IMG/VR virus record: IMGVR_UViG_3300032608_000546
Coordinates: 1 to 27,886 of that record
From: a virus
Lineage: Duplodnaviria > Caudoviricetes
DNA: 27,886 nucleotides
Reading direction: 5' to 3' (one strand)
The position numbers were made by a program, and so were the translations under genes. Each line of letters opens with the position of its first letter. Within the stretch, counting starts at the first letter, position 1. Of this stretch, positions 1-8,647 are shown piece after piece. The notes under the pieces were generated by a model. It was not told the DNA's origin, did no database searches, and saw only the letters and a list, made by a program, of their open reading frames with translations.

Positions 1-1872
1 AAAAAATCTTTCTACTACTTGCAACATGTCATTGATAGGTTCAAACATAGATTCCAAAATTCCTACCATAATATTATTACCAAGCTCTTGTCCTAACATT
101 ACAAACGCATCTTCATTACTTAAAACAGCATCAGTAAAAGAATCTGTATATTCTCCTGCTGCTTGTTTAGCAGAAGCCTGAACTTGAGATTTTTCAATAT
201 CTATTGGTGGTGGTACGTCACCGGAAGCCCCAGCACCCCCAAATTCGCCCCCACCCCCTTTTACTTCTGTTTCAACCTCTATCTTTGCTTTAACAGGTCT
301 TTTTAATTCATTTCGTAATTCATTATAACTTTCTTTTGCTTTTACAAAATTTCCTGTTAAAACATTGAATATTGTTTTGCCCAAAGCAAAATAAATTCTA
401 CCTATTTTTTTTATAGAATCAAATATAAATTTTTTAAAATTATTCCAAGTTTTACTTATAGCTTTTATTTTTTTTATAATGAATTTCGAAACTTTATCCC
501 AGTTTTTCACAAGTAATACAATAGCAGCAATTGCTGCAATAACTCCTAACACAATCCAAACAAGCGGATTAACGACTAATAAAGCATTCATAATACCTTG
601 AACTATATTAAAAGCCTTTATGACTGCGGTTAATTGTCTAAAAAGCACAACCCCTTTCAATATTGCTCCTCCAATAAGTCCAAATATAGCTAAAAATCCA
701 GCAAGCCCTGTGGAAAACAATAAAATAAATCCAATAAACTTTTTAACTGCTGGATTTAAATTATTAAATCTGTTAACTAAATTTTGCAATATGTCTACTA
801 ACGCTCTAATTGTAGGTGCAACCGCATCGCCTATACTAATAGCTGCTTCTTGCAACCCTGAATTTAAAATTTTAAGAGCACCTGAAACATTATCAAGCAT
901 TATTTCTGCCATTTCGGAAGCTGCACCATTAGAATCCTCTACTTCGGCTGTATAACTAGCAAAAGCTTCGGTAGACTTGTTTAGTACAGCAGTCATGCCA
1001 GAGATAGACCTTGTTCCAAATACATTTGAAACAAATGCAAGCCTTTGTTGTTCCGTCATGTTTTCCATGGCTTTTCTTGATTGATCCATTATTTGATTAA
1101 ATGGAAGCATTTCACCACGAGCATTAGTTACTGAAATGGCATATTTATCAAGTTGTTCTTTAGCTTCTGCCGGGGGATCTGATAATCTTACTAAAGACAT
1201 TCTAAGGGTTGTACCAGCCATAGATGCCTTAATGCCAGAATCTGCCATTATTCCTAACACTGCGGACGTTTCTGCCACGCTTAACCCAAAAGAATTTGCA
1301 ATTGGTGCTGCAAATTTAAACGCTTCCCCAAGTTGCAACACTGTAGTATTAGAAGTAGTTGAAGTCTTCGCCATAATATCTACAAATTTAGCGGTATCTT
1401 TTGCCTCTAAACCAAAGGCAGTAAGCGAATCAGTTACAAGATCAGAAACAATACCTAATTGAGCTCCAGATGCTGCTGCTAAATTTAAAACACCGGGCAA
1501 TGCTTCTATGCTTTGTTTTGCTGTAAATCCAGCCAAAGCCATAAATTCTAAACCATCACCAGCTTCTTTTGCAGTAAAGGCTGTTGTTTTTCCTAATTCT
1601 CTGGCTGTTTCTTGTAAGGCTGCAAACTCTTTTTCCGTAGCTCCTGAAAGAGCTTTTACTTTGGACATTTGTTCTTCATATGAAGCAAAAACACCAATTG
1701 TTTTACCAACAACTAACGCCAATCCTGCAAAAGCTATAGCTGATTTTTTACCAAAATCAGTAAACTTTTTGCTCATATCATCAAATTTTTTGGTAGTTTT
1801 TTCAATTCCCTTTATGGCATTTGAAGCATCTGCAATTAATTTAATTAAAACTTCTTTTGTAGTAATAGCCAT
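1..1872 (-). CDS. Tail tape measure protein, TP901 family (C-terminal part beyond window edge)
   Basis: Not in ORF track (runs off edge). ATG at 1872; my translation MAITTKEVLIKLIADAS...YEEQMSKVKALSGAT...ARELGKTTAFTAKEAGDGLEFMALAGF...LPGVLNLAAA...SNTTVLQLGEAFKFAAP...GIKASMAGTTLR matches the TP901 TMP core, followed by hydrophobic segments and NWDKV; follows tail chaperones. Confidence 0.95.
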   Translation of the reverse strand, partial: MAITTKEVLIKLIADASNAIKGIEKTTKKFDDMSKKFTDFGKKSAIAFAGLALVVGKTIGVFASYEEQMSKVKALSGATEKEFAALQETARELGKTTAFTAKEAGDGLEFMALAGFTAKQSIEALPGVLNLAAASGAQLGIVSDLVTDSLTAFGLEAKDTAKFVDIMAKTSTTSNTTVLQLGEAFKFAAPIANSFGLSVAETSAVLGIMADSGIKASMAGTTLRMSLVRLSDPPAEAKEQLDKYAISVTNARGEMLPFNQIMDQSRKAMENMTEQQRLAFVSNVFGTRSISGMTAVLNKSTEAFASYTAEVEDSNGAASEMAEIMLDNVSGALKILNSGLQEAAISIGDAVAPTIRALVDILQNLVNRFNNLNPAVKKFIGFILLFSTGLAGFLAIFGLIGGAILKGVVLFRQLTAVIKAFNIVQGIMNALLVVNPLVWIVLGVIAAIAAIVLLVKNWDKVSKFIIKKIKAISKTWNNFKKFIFDSIKKIGRIYFALGKTIFNVLTGNFVKAKESYNELRNELKRPVKAKIEVETEVKGGGGEFGGAGASGDVPPPIDIEKSQVQASAKQAAGEYTDSFTDAVLSNEDAFVMLGQELGNNIMVGILESMFEPINDMLQVVERFF

Positions 1873-1874
1873 AT

Positions 1875-1914
1875 ATAAATAGGTAAAAAATGGCTAATTT
1901 ATAAAGCAAATTGT
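1875..1914 (-). promoter_or_regulatory. Candidate late promoter, copy 1 (ACA-N18-CY-N3-WTTTRCCTATT)
   Basis: Plus strand ATAAATAGGTAAAA at 1875-1888, TTGT at 1911-1914; core ends 2 nt before the TMP ATG, no SD. Confidence 0.7.
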
Positions 1915-1915
1915 A

Positions 1916-2296
1916 TTATTCTTTATTTCCCCCTTTTTCTTTAAAAAATTTTTCCATCCCTTTAATATTTTCTTTAATGTCTTCTTCATTAATTACTATA
2001 TCTTCATATCGCCAAATTCGTTTAGGTTTTAATTTTTTTTCATTTGATTTAACTTTATTTTGCTGTTTTTTTCCAGCCATAACAGCCCCAAAAGCAATTT
2101 TCATAACTTGTAACATTTGAAATTCTTTAGATTGTTGAAAATAATTATATTCATTATATAACATCAATATTTGAAGTATTGACATATCGTTATAAAGATA
2201 ATCTATGGTATATTGTGGATATGCTAAAGCTATAGAACAAATTATAGCCTCTAGCCGGGTTTTTACACCGCCTTCTCTTTTCCCTGTGCTAAAAAA
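1916..2296 (-). CDS. Tail assembly chaperone C-terminal extension (gpT-like), reached by -1 frameshift
   Basis: The -1 frame from T TTT TTA (2296-2290) is open (FSTGKREGGVKTRLEAIICSIALAYPQYTIDYLYND) and continues into the annotated 1916..2185 ORF; lies directly before TMP. Confidence 0.8.
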   Translation of the reverse strand, partial: FFSTGKREGGVKTRLEAIICSIALAYPQYTIDYLYNDMSILQILMLYNEYNYFQQSKEFQMLQVMKIAFGAVMAGKKQQNKVKSNEKKLKPKRIWRYEDIVINEEDIKENIKGMEKFFKEKGGNKE

Positions 2297-2721
2297 TTTT
2301 GCTCTTTTCCTATTTGCTCAACTAACCAATTCATAAAATTATATACTTCTGATTCAATTAAACTATTGATTAATTTATCCCTTCCTTGTAATTCAATATT
2401 TTTAGGAACCATTAACCAAATTGCATCAATTAAAGATTCTAATAAATCTCCATACTTTGAAAAATCCATAGTTTGTAATAATTTATCTTGATCTTTTTGT
2501 TTCATAGTATCTTTTTGTGTTGCAATATCTTTTAAGTTAATTCCTGATTGATTTATATTTTTATAATAACTTAACATTTTATCCATTATTCCCTGCTTCA
2601 TAATTTTTATTTTAATAGCAAAAGAATATGGTTCTAAATCAAATTCTCCAAGGGTAGTTTTTAATTTAAAAACATCTTTCTCTAAATAATTTATTTCTTT
2701 CTTTGATTTTTTAGTAGACAT
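2263..2721 (-). CDS. Tail assembly chaperone (gpG-like)
   Basis: 152 aa between tail tube and TMP, SD AAGGAG, slippery heptamer near 3' end. Confidence 0.8.
   Translation of the reverse strand: MSTKKSKKEINYLEKDVFKLKTTLGEFDLEPYSFAIKIKIMKQGIMDKMLSYYKNINQSGINLKDIATQKDTMKQKDQDKLLQTMDFSKYGDLLESLIDAIWLMVPKNIELQGRDKLINSLIESEVYNFMNWLVEQIGKEQNFLAQGKEKAV
2290..2296 (-). other. Programmed -1 ribosomal frameshift site U UUU UUA
   Basis: CAA AAT TTT TTA GCA in frame 0; X XXY YYZ heptamer in correct phase; canonical G/GT position. Confidence 0.8.
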
Positions 2722-2753
2722 AAGAACTCCTTTTTAGAAGATTATACAACAGA

Positions 2754-2786
2754 AAGCCCTTGCATGGAAAGGGAGAGCAAGGGCTT
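2754..2786 (-). terminator. Hairpin after tail tube gene (partial terminator or mRNA stabiliser)
   Basis: Perfect 10-bp stem AAGCCCTTGC/GCAAGGGCTT, 13-nt loop, imperfect U-rich tail. Confidence 0.6.
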
Positions 2787-2794
2787 CGTTTTAA

Positions 2795-3664
2795 TTATCC
2801 AAATATTTTAAATATTTTGAACACTCTGTTGTCGGCTACAGAATAATCTATATTCATAGTAACCTCTGTTTCTGAAAATTCTTTTTCAGCAAAAGAGAGC
2901 GGCAAACCAACTCCCGAACATCTATCTATTTCTATATAGACTTGATTTCCATCTTTTTGGTCTTCTCCAAATAAAAACGCTTTAAATTCCTTGACTTCTA
3001 TATTGGCTTGACCAATAGTTGTTATATGATTACCGGTATTGATTTTTCTTACATCAGCTTCCGCTGTTTCATTAACAGTAAGCAATCCTGAACCAGTCCC
3101 CAAAGTAAATTCTAACCCAAAACCAGTAATAGTTACTGTTGATCCTCCGCCAGCCTCCACGTTTAATGGGCTTGATGTAATTTTTAAATAATCATCTTGG
3201 TATGAATCGTATTCGCTACCAATATAATAAACATCTACAGTAGCAGTTCCAACAGCTTCAACAATATATTTGCCTGTTTTAAGGTCTGCTTCGCTTCCTG
3301 CCAAAACACCTATTGATGCAATGCCATTTGTAGCGTTTACAACAGAAGTTCCGCTTTTATTTGCTAGAGTACCGGCTGTACCTCCGGTTTCAGCACTAGA
3401 TATAACAGTAGTTCCTTGTAAGTGAAGCTGAAAAGCAAACTCTGGATATTCTCTAATAGTTAACGCTAATTCTGCATTAATGGCGCCATATTCAGTTGCC
3501 CACGAATACCTATTGGCTCCTCCTCTTAATTCTACCTTATCGGACTCCAAGCTTAATTCTGCGCCACCCAATACCCTGTAACGACCATAAGGAACTCCTG
3601 TCGTTTTGTTTACAGGAACAAAGGCTTTTATCCCAAAAACCCCGAAAATGTTTGACTCTGCCAT
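2795..3664 (-). CDS. Major tail (tube) protein
   Basis: 289 aa, Gly/Thr/Ser beta-rich, strong SD (AAAGGAG), followed by hairpin, chaperones and TMP; call mainly from synteny. Confidence 0.75.
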   Translation of the reverse strand: MAESNIFGVFGIKAFVPVNKTTGVPYGRYRVLGGAELSLESDKVELRGGANRYSWATEYGAINAELALTIREYPEFAFQLHLQGTTVISSAETGGTAGTLANKSGTSVVNATNGIASIGVLAGSEADLKTGKYIVEAVGTATVDVYYIGSEYDSYQDDYLKITSSPLNVEAGGGSTVTITGFGLEFTLGTGSGLLTVNETAEADVRKINTGNHITTIGQANIEVKEFKAFLFGEDQKDGNQVYIEIDRCSGVGLPLSFAEKEFSETEVTMNIDYSVADNRVFKIFKIFG

Positions 3665-3678
3665 TTAATTACTCCTTT

Positions 3679-3876
3679 CTATAAATCCTTTTTAGTAACA
3701 TATTTTTGATGTTGAAGTTTCATTTCTCCAACCAATGTTCCGGTAGGATAAGCTGTTTTTATTTCACATTGATTGCCATCATAAAAGATTTTCGTTCTTT
3801 TCAATTTCTTGTCTTTCAATGGCAAAATTAACTCTTGTTTTCCCCCTACGATTATTTCTTCAATTCTTTTTCCCAT
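3679..3876 (-). CDS. Small hypothetical protein
   Basis: 65 aa, SD AAGGAG, tightly packed in tail operon. Confidence 0.6.
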   Translation of the reverse strand: MGKRIEEIIVGGKQELILPLKDKKLKRTKIFYDGNQCEIKTAYPTGTLVGEMKLQHQKYVTKKDL

Positions 3877-3877
3877 T

Positions 3878-4375
3878 TTATCGAGCTCCTTTCCTAAAAT
3901 TTCTTTTTATTGTTAAATTCAATACTATTTTTCTCTTAGGCCAAGTTTCAAAAATGAAACTAGGAGTTGATATATTAATCGTTCCATCCGCCAATTTTTG
4001 AACAGCATCACTGTTATCTATAGCATTTTTTATATCTCTATCTAAATCTAGTATTCCTTTATTCTTACCCCATCCAGTGACATAAGAAAATTGTCTACTT
4101 GCAATTGCTGTAATAACTCCTACTATCGCAATAGTCATAGTTAATGTTTTATATACACCTGCCGATGCAAGTCTTCCGTCATTGCCTTGAGCATTTTCTT
4201 CTTCTGCACTCAATGGCTCCATTACTATATAATTTTTAACCGTATCGGGCACAAAATCATCATCTGTTCCCCGAATACCGTCATATATTTTTTCAATATA
4301 CGTTGACAATGAACTGTCATTCTCTAAGGCAGTCTTAACGGTTTTAAATATAATTTCTTCTATTCCTTCTGCCAT
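3878..4375 (-). CDS. Putative tail terminator / tail completion protein
   Basis: 165 aa, position between virion morphogenesis gene and tail tube; helix then KIYDG-type N-terminus. Confidence 0.55.
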   Translation of the reverse strand: MAEGIEEIIFKTVKTALENDSSLSTYIEKIYDGIRGTDDDFVPDTVKNYIVMEPLSAEEENAQGNDGRLASAGVYKTLTMTIAIVGVITAIASRQFSYVTGWGKNKGILDLDRDIKNAIDNSDAVQKLADGTINISTPSFIFETWPKRKIVLNLTIKRNFRKGAR

Positions 4376-4377
4376 TC

Positions 4378-4417
4378 ATAAATAGGTAAAATTTGGTTTG
4401 ATAAGTATTTATATTGT
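4378..4417 (-). promoter_or_regulatory. Candidate late promoter, copy 2
   Basis: ATAAATAGGTAAAA 4378-4391, TTGT 4414-4417; core ends 2 nt before ATG 4375. Confidence 0.7.
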
Positions 4418-4418
4418 T

Positions 4419-4925
4419 TTAATCAAATATTTTAGTAAATAATACAGCAATTTTGTCTTCTGTTTTTTGATCTATCCACATAAACTCTCTTTTAGGCATA
4501 GTCGCAGCTCTTATAAAGTGCCCCTTTGAAAAAAATCTTTGCCCACCAGAAACCCAGCTTAAAACACTTGCTTTTTTAGGCTTAACAAATCTTGCCGGAA
4601 TAATTCCCCCGAAATTATGTATTGCTGCGTATTCTAAGTTCGTGTATGCCTCTGCATTTTTAGAGGTAAATCTATCATTTATAGAACGCCTTAAATCCCC
4701 TCCTCTTAATAATGTGCTTCCTTTGTTTGGAGGATTTTTTGCATTTTTCCAGGGTGAACCGCTTTCATTCTTTTTATCAATATCAAAATGTTTGATTACA
4801 TTTGCCCTCATTAAAGCTGCTGACAATCTCATGATGGGAGTTAAATTATTTATATCTTTATTTACGGTTTTTAGCCATGACATTAATTGCCTGCTATCCA
4901 CAACAGCCTTTATGACCTTAGCCAT
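4419..4925 (-). CDS. Virion morphogenesis protein (Mu gpG / Phage_tail_S-like)
   Basis: Motifs GSPWK, TLLRGGDLRRSI, TNLEYAAIHNFGG, MPKREFM. Start moved to ATG 4925 (MAKVIK), overlapping upstream stop. Confidence 0.85.
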   Translation of the reverse strand: MAKVIKAVVDSRQLMSWLKTVNKDINNLTPIMRLSAALMRANVIKHFDIDKKNESGSPWKNAKNPPNKGSTLLRGGDLRRSINDRFTSKNAEAYTNLEYAAIHNFGGIIPARFVKPKKASVLSWVSGGQRFFSKGHFIRAATMPKREFMWIDQKTEDKIAVLFTKIFD

Positions 4926-5817
4926 TCCATGATCCTGTGCTGATATCTCCAAGCAAACTAGAATCAACATCCCAGCTTTCCGTTGATCCAAGATCAAATG
5001 TTGGATCATAATCTATAGTAGAAATGTCAAACCTAGTTATATCTATTAAATTAGTTAATGGAATTTCTCCGCTACCAATCTTTTCAAGAATCTCTAATAA
5101 TTTATTATACTTTTCAACAGTTAATGATGGTAAATTTTTTCCTTCTTTATTAGCAAAATAACTAAAAATATTATATGAAGCATGTTGTATGCTAAAAGTT
5201 CGCAACAAACTTGTTGCACTGGCTCCGCTTACAGGTAACTCATATTGCATCGATACATACATATTAATTACATCGTCGGCCTGTTCTATATGCTGAATTA
5301 TCTCTTCATCTTTTATAGTATCATTATCTATGTTTATTAATGTAGCCCTCACATCATCGGCAGAACTATACCCAGTAAAATCATAAGAGACATTAACATT
5401 AGTTAAACTTGGAGTCGTTGTATTAACTGTCGTGTGTAAAAAAGATTTAAACTTGAATCTTGATCTATCAGAGACTAAACTGCCTATATTTGTATTAACT
5501 ATAGCCACTAAATTTGATTGAGCAAATGCTCCATTGCTATTAATCCATGCTGCACCATCCCAATATTTATCCTGATTATCTACATTCATAATATATTGAA
5601 CAACTTCACTTGTTCCCAGAATAGATGTTTCAGTAAAAGAATTAAGATCACTAGCAACTAGTGATTCTTTTGGCGTTATGTATGGATCAGAAGTGCTGTA
5701 AGTAGTCGAGCTTGATGTACCTCTTAATTGGGCATTCCCATTAACTAACTCTATTTTTGCATCTGTAAAATCATAGTTTTGAGAATATTGAAATTGATAA
5801 TCCTTGCTTATGCTCAT
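4918..5817 (-). CDS. Head-tail adaptor (Mu gp36/DUF1320-like) with extra N-terminal beta-rich domain
   Basis: C-terminal half YSSADDV...IEQADDVINMYVSMQYELPV...KYNKLLEILEKIGSGEIPL fits the gp36 pattern; first ~148 aa are Ser/Thr/Asn-rich. Confidence 0.75.
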   Translation of the reverse strand: MSISKDYQFQYSQNYDFTDAKIELVNGNAQLRGTSSSTTYSTSDPYITPKESLVASDLNSFTETSILGTSEVVQYIMNVDNQDKYWDGAAWINSNGAFAQSNLVAIVNTNIGSLVSDRSRFKFKSFLHTTVNTTTPSLTNVNVSYDFTGYSSADDVRATLINIDNDTIKDEEIIQHIEQADDVINMYVSMQYELPVSGASATSLLRTFSIQHASYNIFSYFANKEGKNLPSLTVEKYNKLLEILEKIGSGEIPLTNLIDITRFDISTIDYDPTFDLGSTESWDVDSSLLGDISTGSWNG

Positions 5818-5857
5818 ATAAATAGGTAAAAAAGAGCGTAGACACTATTTATTTTGT
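5818..5857 (-). promoter_or_regulatory. Candidate late promoter, copy 3
   Basis: ATAAATAGGTAAAA 5818-5831 abutting ATG 5817, TTGT 5854-5857. Confidence 0.7.
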
Positions 5858-6582
5858 TTAATTAATTTCTCTAATTCCGATACTACTCGTTCCCCTTCTT
5901 GGTTTTTCCAAAAATCAAACAACTGTGCATCCCTTTTGTATGCTCCAATATTATTAGATTGCTTATAATTATCATCCATCCATTTTTGATCTTTGCAGAA
6001 ATGTAAATGTTCAATAAATATTTCTGGTAAATGTACTATTATCTTTTGCCCTGTTCGTTTTTCTAGTTCCTCTCCTATCCAATGATACATGTTATCAGTA
6101 TACAAATGTTTCATATATCTATGAGGATAATATCCGCCTAACACTTTTATAAAATCTTGGGTGGCAAAACTAGGTGTTAATTTATCATCATTTATTCCGT
6201 CTCTCCACGAAAATATCCATATAGAATGACCATGTTCTTTTTTTAATTCGTCTAATTTATCCATTAATATTTTATCCCAGTTTGGAGTATGAATTATTTG
6301 ATCATCATTCAATACCATGTAGGCATCATGCTCGGGAAATTCTTCACATAAAATATTAACCTTATTAGCAAATCCTATATTCCCAACTAACCAATAATTA
6401 TCTGGATATTTTTTTTTGACTGTTTCCATGTATTTATAAATGTTTTCTTTGTCTAATAATTCAAATGCAAAATATATATTAGAATCTACACTATGTTTTT
6501 CGTAGCTTTCTAGCATCTCTAAAAACCTGTTATGCCTCATTCTAGTTGGACATAATACTCCTAGCCTGCCTCTTTTATCCAT
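5845..6582 (-). CDS. Glycosyltransferase, GT-A/GT2-like
   Basis: VLCPTRMR start, YMVLNDD (DXD equivalent), WDKIL, VLGGY, HLYTDN, IEHLH. Confidence 0.8.
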   Translation of the reverse strand: MDKRGRLGVLCPTRMRHNRFLEMLESYEKHSVDSNIYFAFELLDKENIYKYMETVKKKYPDNYWLVGNIGFANKVNILCEEFPEHDAYMVLNDDQIIHTPNWDKILMDKLDELKKEHGHSIWIFSWRDGINDDKLTPSFATQDFIKVLGGYYPHRYMKHLYTDNMYHWIGEELEKRTGQKIIVHLPEIFIEHLHFCKDQKWMDDNYKQSNNIGAYKRDAQLFDFWKNQEGERVVSELEKLIKQNK

Positions 6583-6715
6583 TATTTAATTTCCCCTTTC
6601 TGTAAACCCATAAAGGACAATCTTTTATAGGACATAACATAAGTTCTGTCTTATTGTTATTACAGCAGTACAAACATTTTGCTTTAATTACTTTTAATAG
6701 ATTTAATTTTTTCAT
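6575..6715 (-). CDS. Small Cys-rich hypothetical protein
   Basis: Likely start ATG 6715: MKKLNLLKVIKAKCLYCC...CPIKDCPLWVYR, a pattern common in small phage proteins. Confidence 0.55.
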   Translation of the reverse strand: MKKLNLLKVIKAKCLYCCNNNKTELMLCPIKDCPLWVYRKGKLNNG

Positions 6716-6938
6716 AATCTTCCATAGCCTTAACATCCTCTGGTGTTTTACAAGGCAAATTACATTTTTTACATTTAATATCATAAAATATTTGTCTAAA
6801 TTTTATTTCATAATTAATTGCTTTTTCCTTATCACAATTATATCCAAATACTAAATTCTCTATATAAAACTCATCTTTACATTTAGGACACATTACAGTG
6901 ACAGATGATTTCCCTGTTAAATTTGGCTTATTTTCCAT
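6684..6938 (-). CDS. Zinc-ribbon hypothetical protein
   Basis: CPKC...CKKC, SD GGAGG. Confidence 0.6.
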   Translation of the reverse strand: MENKPNLTGKSSVTVMCPKCKDEFYIENLVFGYNCDKEKAINYEIKFRQIFYDIKCKKCNLPCKTPEDVKAMEDYEKIKSIKSN

Positions 6939-6952
6939 GTTTATCCCTCCAA

Positions 6953-7777
6953 TTATCTCATTAATGTATAAACAAATTTATTAAACCAGTGATTTGCTAA
7001 TCCTTGTATAAAATGCTTGTCATTATATAATAATTTATTTTGATTTGGAGGAACATTTGATTCTTCTTTTGTTATCTCTGCACAAAAAGCTACATCGCTA
7101 TTACTTGCTATCTTAACCCTGTTGTTTTGAAATAATAAATTTAACCAAGCTCTATCCCATTCTCCAAAATCTCTTACCTGATTCCAAAATTGTATATCTA
7201 AAGCGGTAACGTTAACTAAATATACTGTTGGCATATTATGAATTACTGTATAAATATCTTTTGTTATTTTCCTTGCAGACAATCCAGCCCATGTACCATT
7301 TTTTTCAATTGTATCAAACGATTCCATAAAAGCATCGTGAGGGTAATCAAAGCACATATTAACCAACTCTCTATTAGTTGGCGCTTTGTTTGGGTAATCA
7401 TCTTTAGATATTCTTATATGAGGGATTGCTAAACATTCAGTCTTGCCCTCCATCATTTTTACTGAATTATAAATTGAACCTTTTCCCCAAATAGTGTCCG
7501 GTGGAGCCAAAAATAATAATGCATTTTTATCTAAACACATTTGCAAGCATTCTCTTAAATGAGGCAACATGATCATATTTGGCTTGCTTACAGCAATTGC
7601 GTAATTAACTTCTGGCAATTCTTTAGTATTAAACCCTGCTTTATAAACCTCTAATTCATATCCTTCTTCTTCTAATCTTCTTAAATCATCTTCCATTGAT
7701 GGGAATGTTATATCCTCATACATCTTTACGTGATCCCACCATGCAGCGGTAAAAAATACTATTCTTTTTTTTATCAT
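6953..7777 (-). CDS. Putative GT-A-like protein, paralog B
   Basis: Rossmann-like start (RIVFFTAAW), FLAPPDTIWGKGS, AIPHIR; alignable to neighbouring ORF. Function is inference. Confidence 0.5.
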   Translation of the reverse strand: MIKKRIVFFTAAWWDHVKMYEDITFPSMEDDLRRLEEEGYELEVYKAGFNTKELPEVNYAIAVSKPNMIMLPHLRECLQMCLDKNALLFLAPPDTIWGKGSIYNSVKMMEGKTECLAIPHIRISKDDYPNKAPTNRELVNMCFDYPHDAFMESFDTIEKNGTWAGLSARKITKDIYTVIHNMPTVYLVNVTALDIQFWNQVRDFGEWDRAWLNLLFQNNRVKIASNSDVAFCAEITKEESNVPPNQNKLLYNDKHFIQGLANHWFNKFVYTLMR

Positions 7778-7779
7778 TC

Positions 7780-8625
7780 CTAACTCCTTGCTAAATTAAA
7801 ATAAAACTTTCTAAAGCCAAAATTATGAGATCCCGGAGGATCCTTGCATTCTTGATATAAGATATCATTATTTAATAATCCATTTCTTATCTTTGGATTG
7901 TTTTTATGTTTACTTGTTAATTCTACTATAAATCCTATATCACTGCTTCCTATCATCCTAACCCTGTCAGCATTGTATACTCTATTTAAAAAACCCCTAT
8001 CCCAATGTCCAGTTTCAAAATGATTTTTCCAAAATAATCGATCTTCTTCTGTAAACTGCATTAAATGCATCGTAGGCATGCTGGCTACAATTCCATAATT
8101 TCTATCATTAATTTTTCTAATAGACAGTCCGCACCAAGAAGCATTTTCATCTTTACTGTCAAAAGCTTTAGTAAATGCAGGGTGAGGATATCTAAAAACT
8201 AAATCAACCAATTGTTTGTTAGTAAAACTATGCGATTGTTTGTCTTCAACAAAATCTTCTAGAGCTACTCTTAAATGAGGAATCGCAATATTTATATCTT
8301 TTCCTTCCGCAAGCTTAACCATATTATAAAGAGTGTCTTCCCCAACGATAAAATCAGGAGCAAACATAAAAACCATAGCATTTTCATCGATCGCCTTTCT
8401 TATTACTTTTCTTAAAAATCCAGACAAAATATCGGCAGAAGTATTACCGGTAGAGGTATATATTGGCATTTCCTTAATATCAAATCCATATTCAATAAAT
8501 TCTATTTCATAACCTTCGCCTTCTAGCTTCTTAACATCTTTGTTTATAGAAGGTTTTCCATAAGCTTCATATAAAATTAAATATTCTCCCCATCCTCCGC
8601 AATATATTAATATCTTTTTTTTCAT
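7780..8625 (-). CDS. Putative GT-A-like protein, paralog A
   Basis: KILIYCGGW, MFAPDFIVGEDT, AIPHLR, YPHPAF, WCGLSIRKI, WDRGFLN shared with 6953..7777. Confidence 0.5.
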   Translation of the reverse strand: MKKKILIYCGGWGEYLILYEAYGKPSINKDVKKLEGEGYEIEFIEYGFDIKEMPIYTSTGNTSADILSGFLRKVIRKAIDENAMVFMFAPDFIVGEDTLYNMVKLAEGKDINIAIPHLRVALEDFVEDKQSHSFTNKQLVDLVFRYPHPAFTKAFDSKDENASWCGLSIRKINDRNYGIVASMPTMHLMQFTEEDRLFWKNHFETGHWDRGFLNRVYNADRVRMIGSSDIGFIVELTSKHKNNPKIRNGLLNNDILYQECKDPPGSHNFGFRKFYFNLARS

Positions 8626-8647
8626 TTAATTAATTCTTCAATTTTCT

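Noticed and set aside
1874-1881. T4 late promoter TATAAATA on plus strand (also near 5817)
   Set aside because: Points away from the genes and is not conserved in all five copies; it is part of the minus-strand motif.
620-1882. Plus-strand ORFs 620..955, 1136..1462, 1508..1882
   Set aside because: Antisense shadows of the tape measure gene; no motifs or SD, unlike the antisense HNH.
2741-2746. Perfect TATAAT upstream of tail chaperone
   Set aside because: No credible -35 or TG extension; expected by chance in AT-rich DNA.
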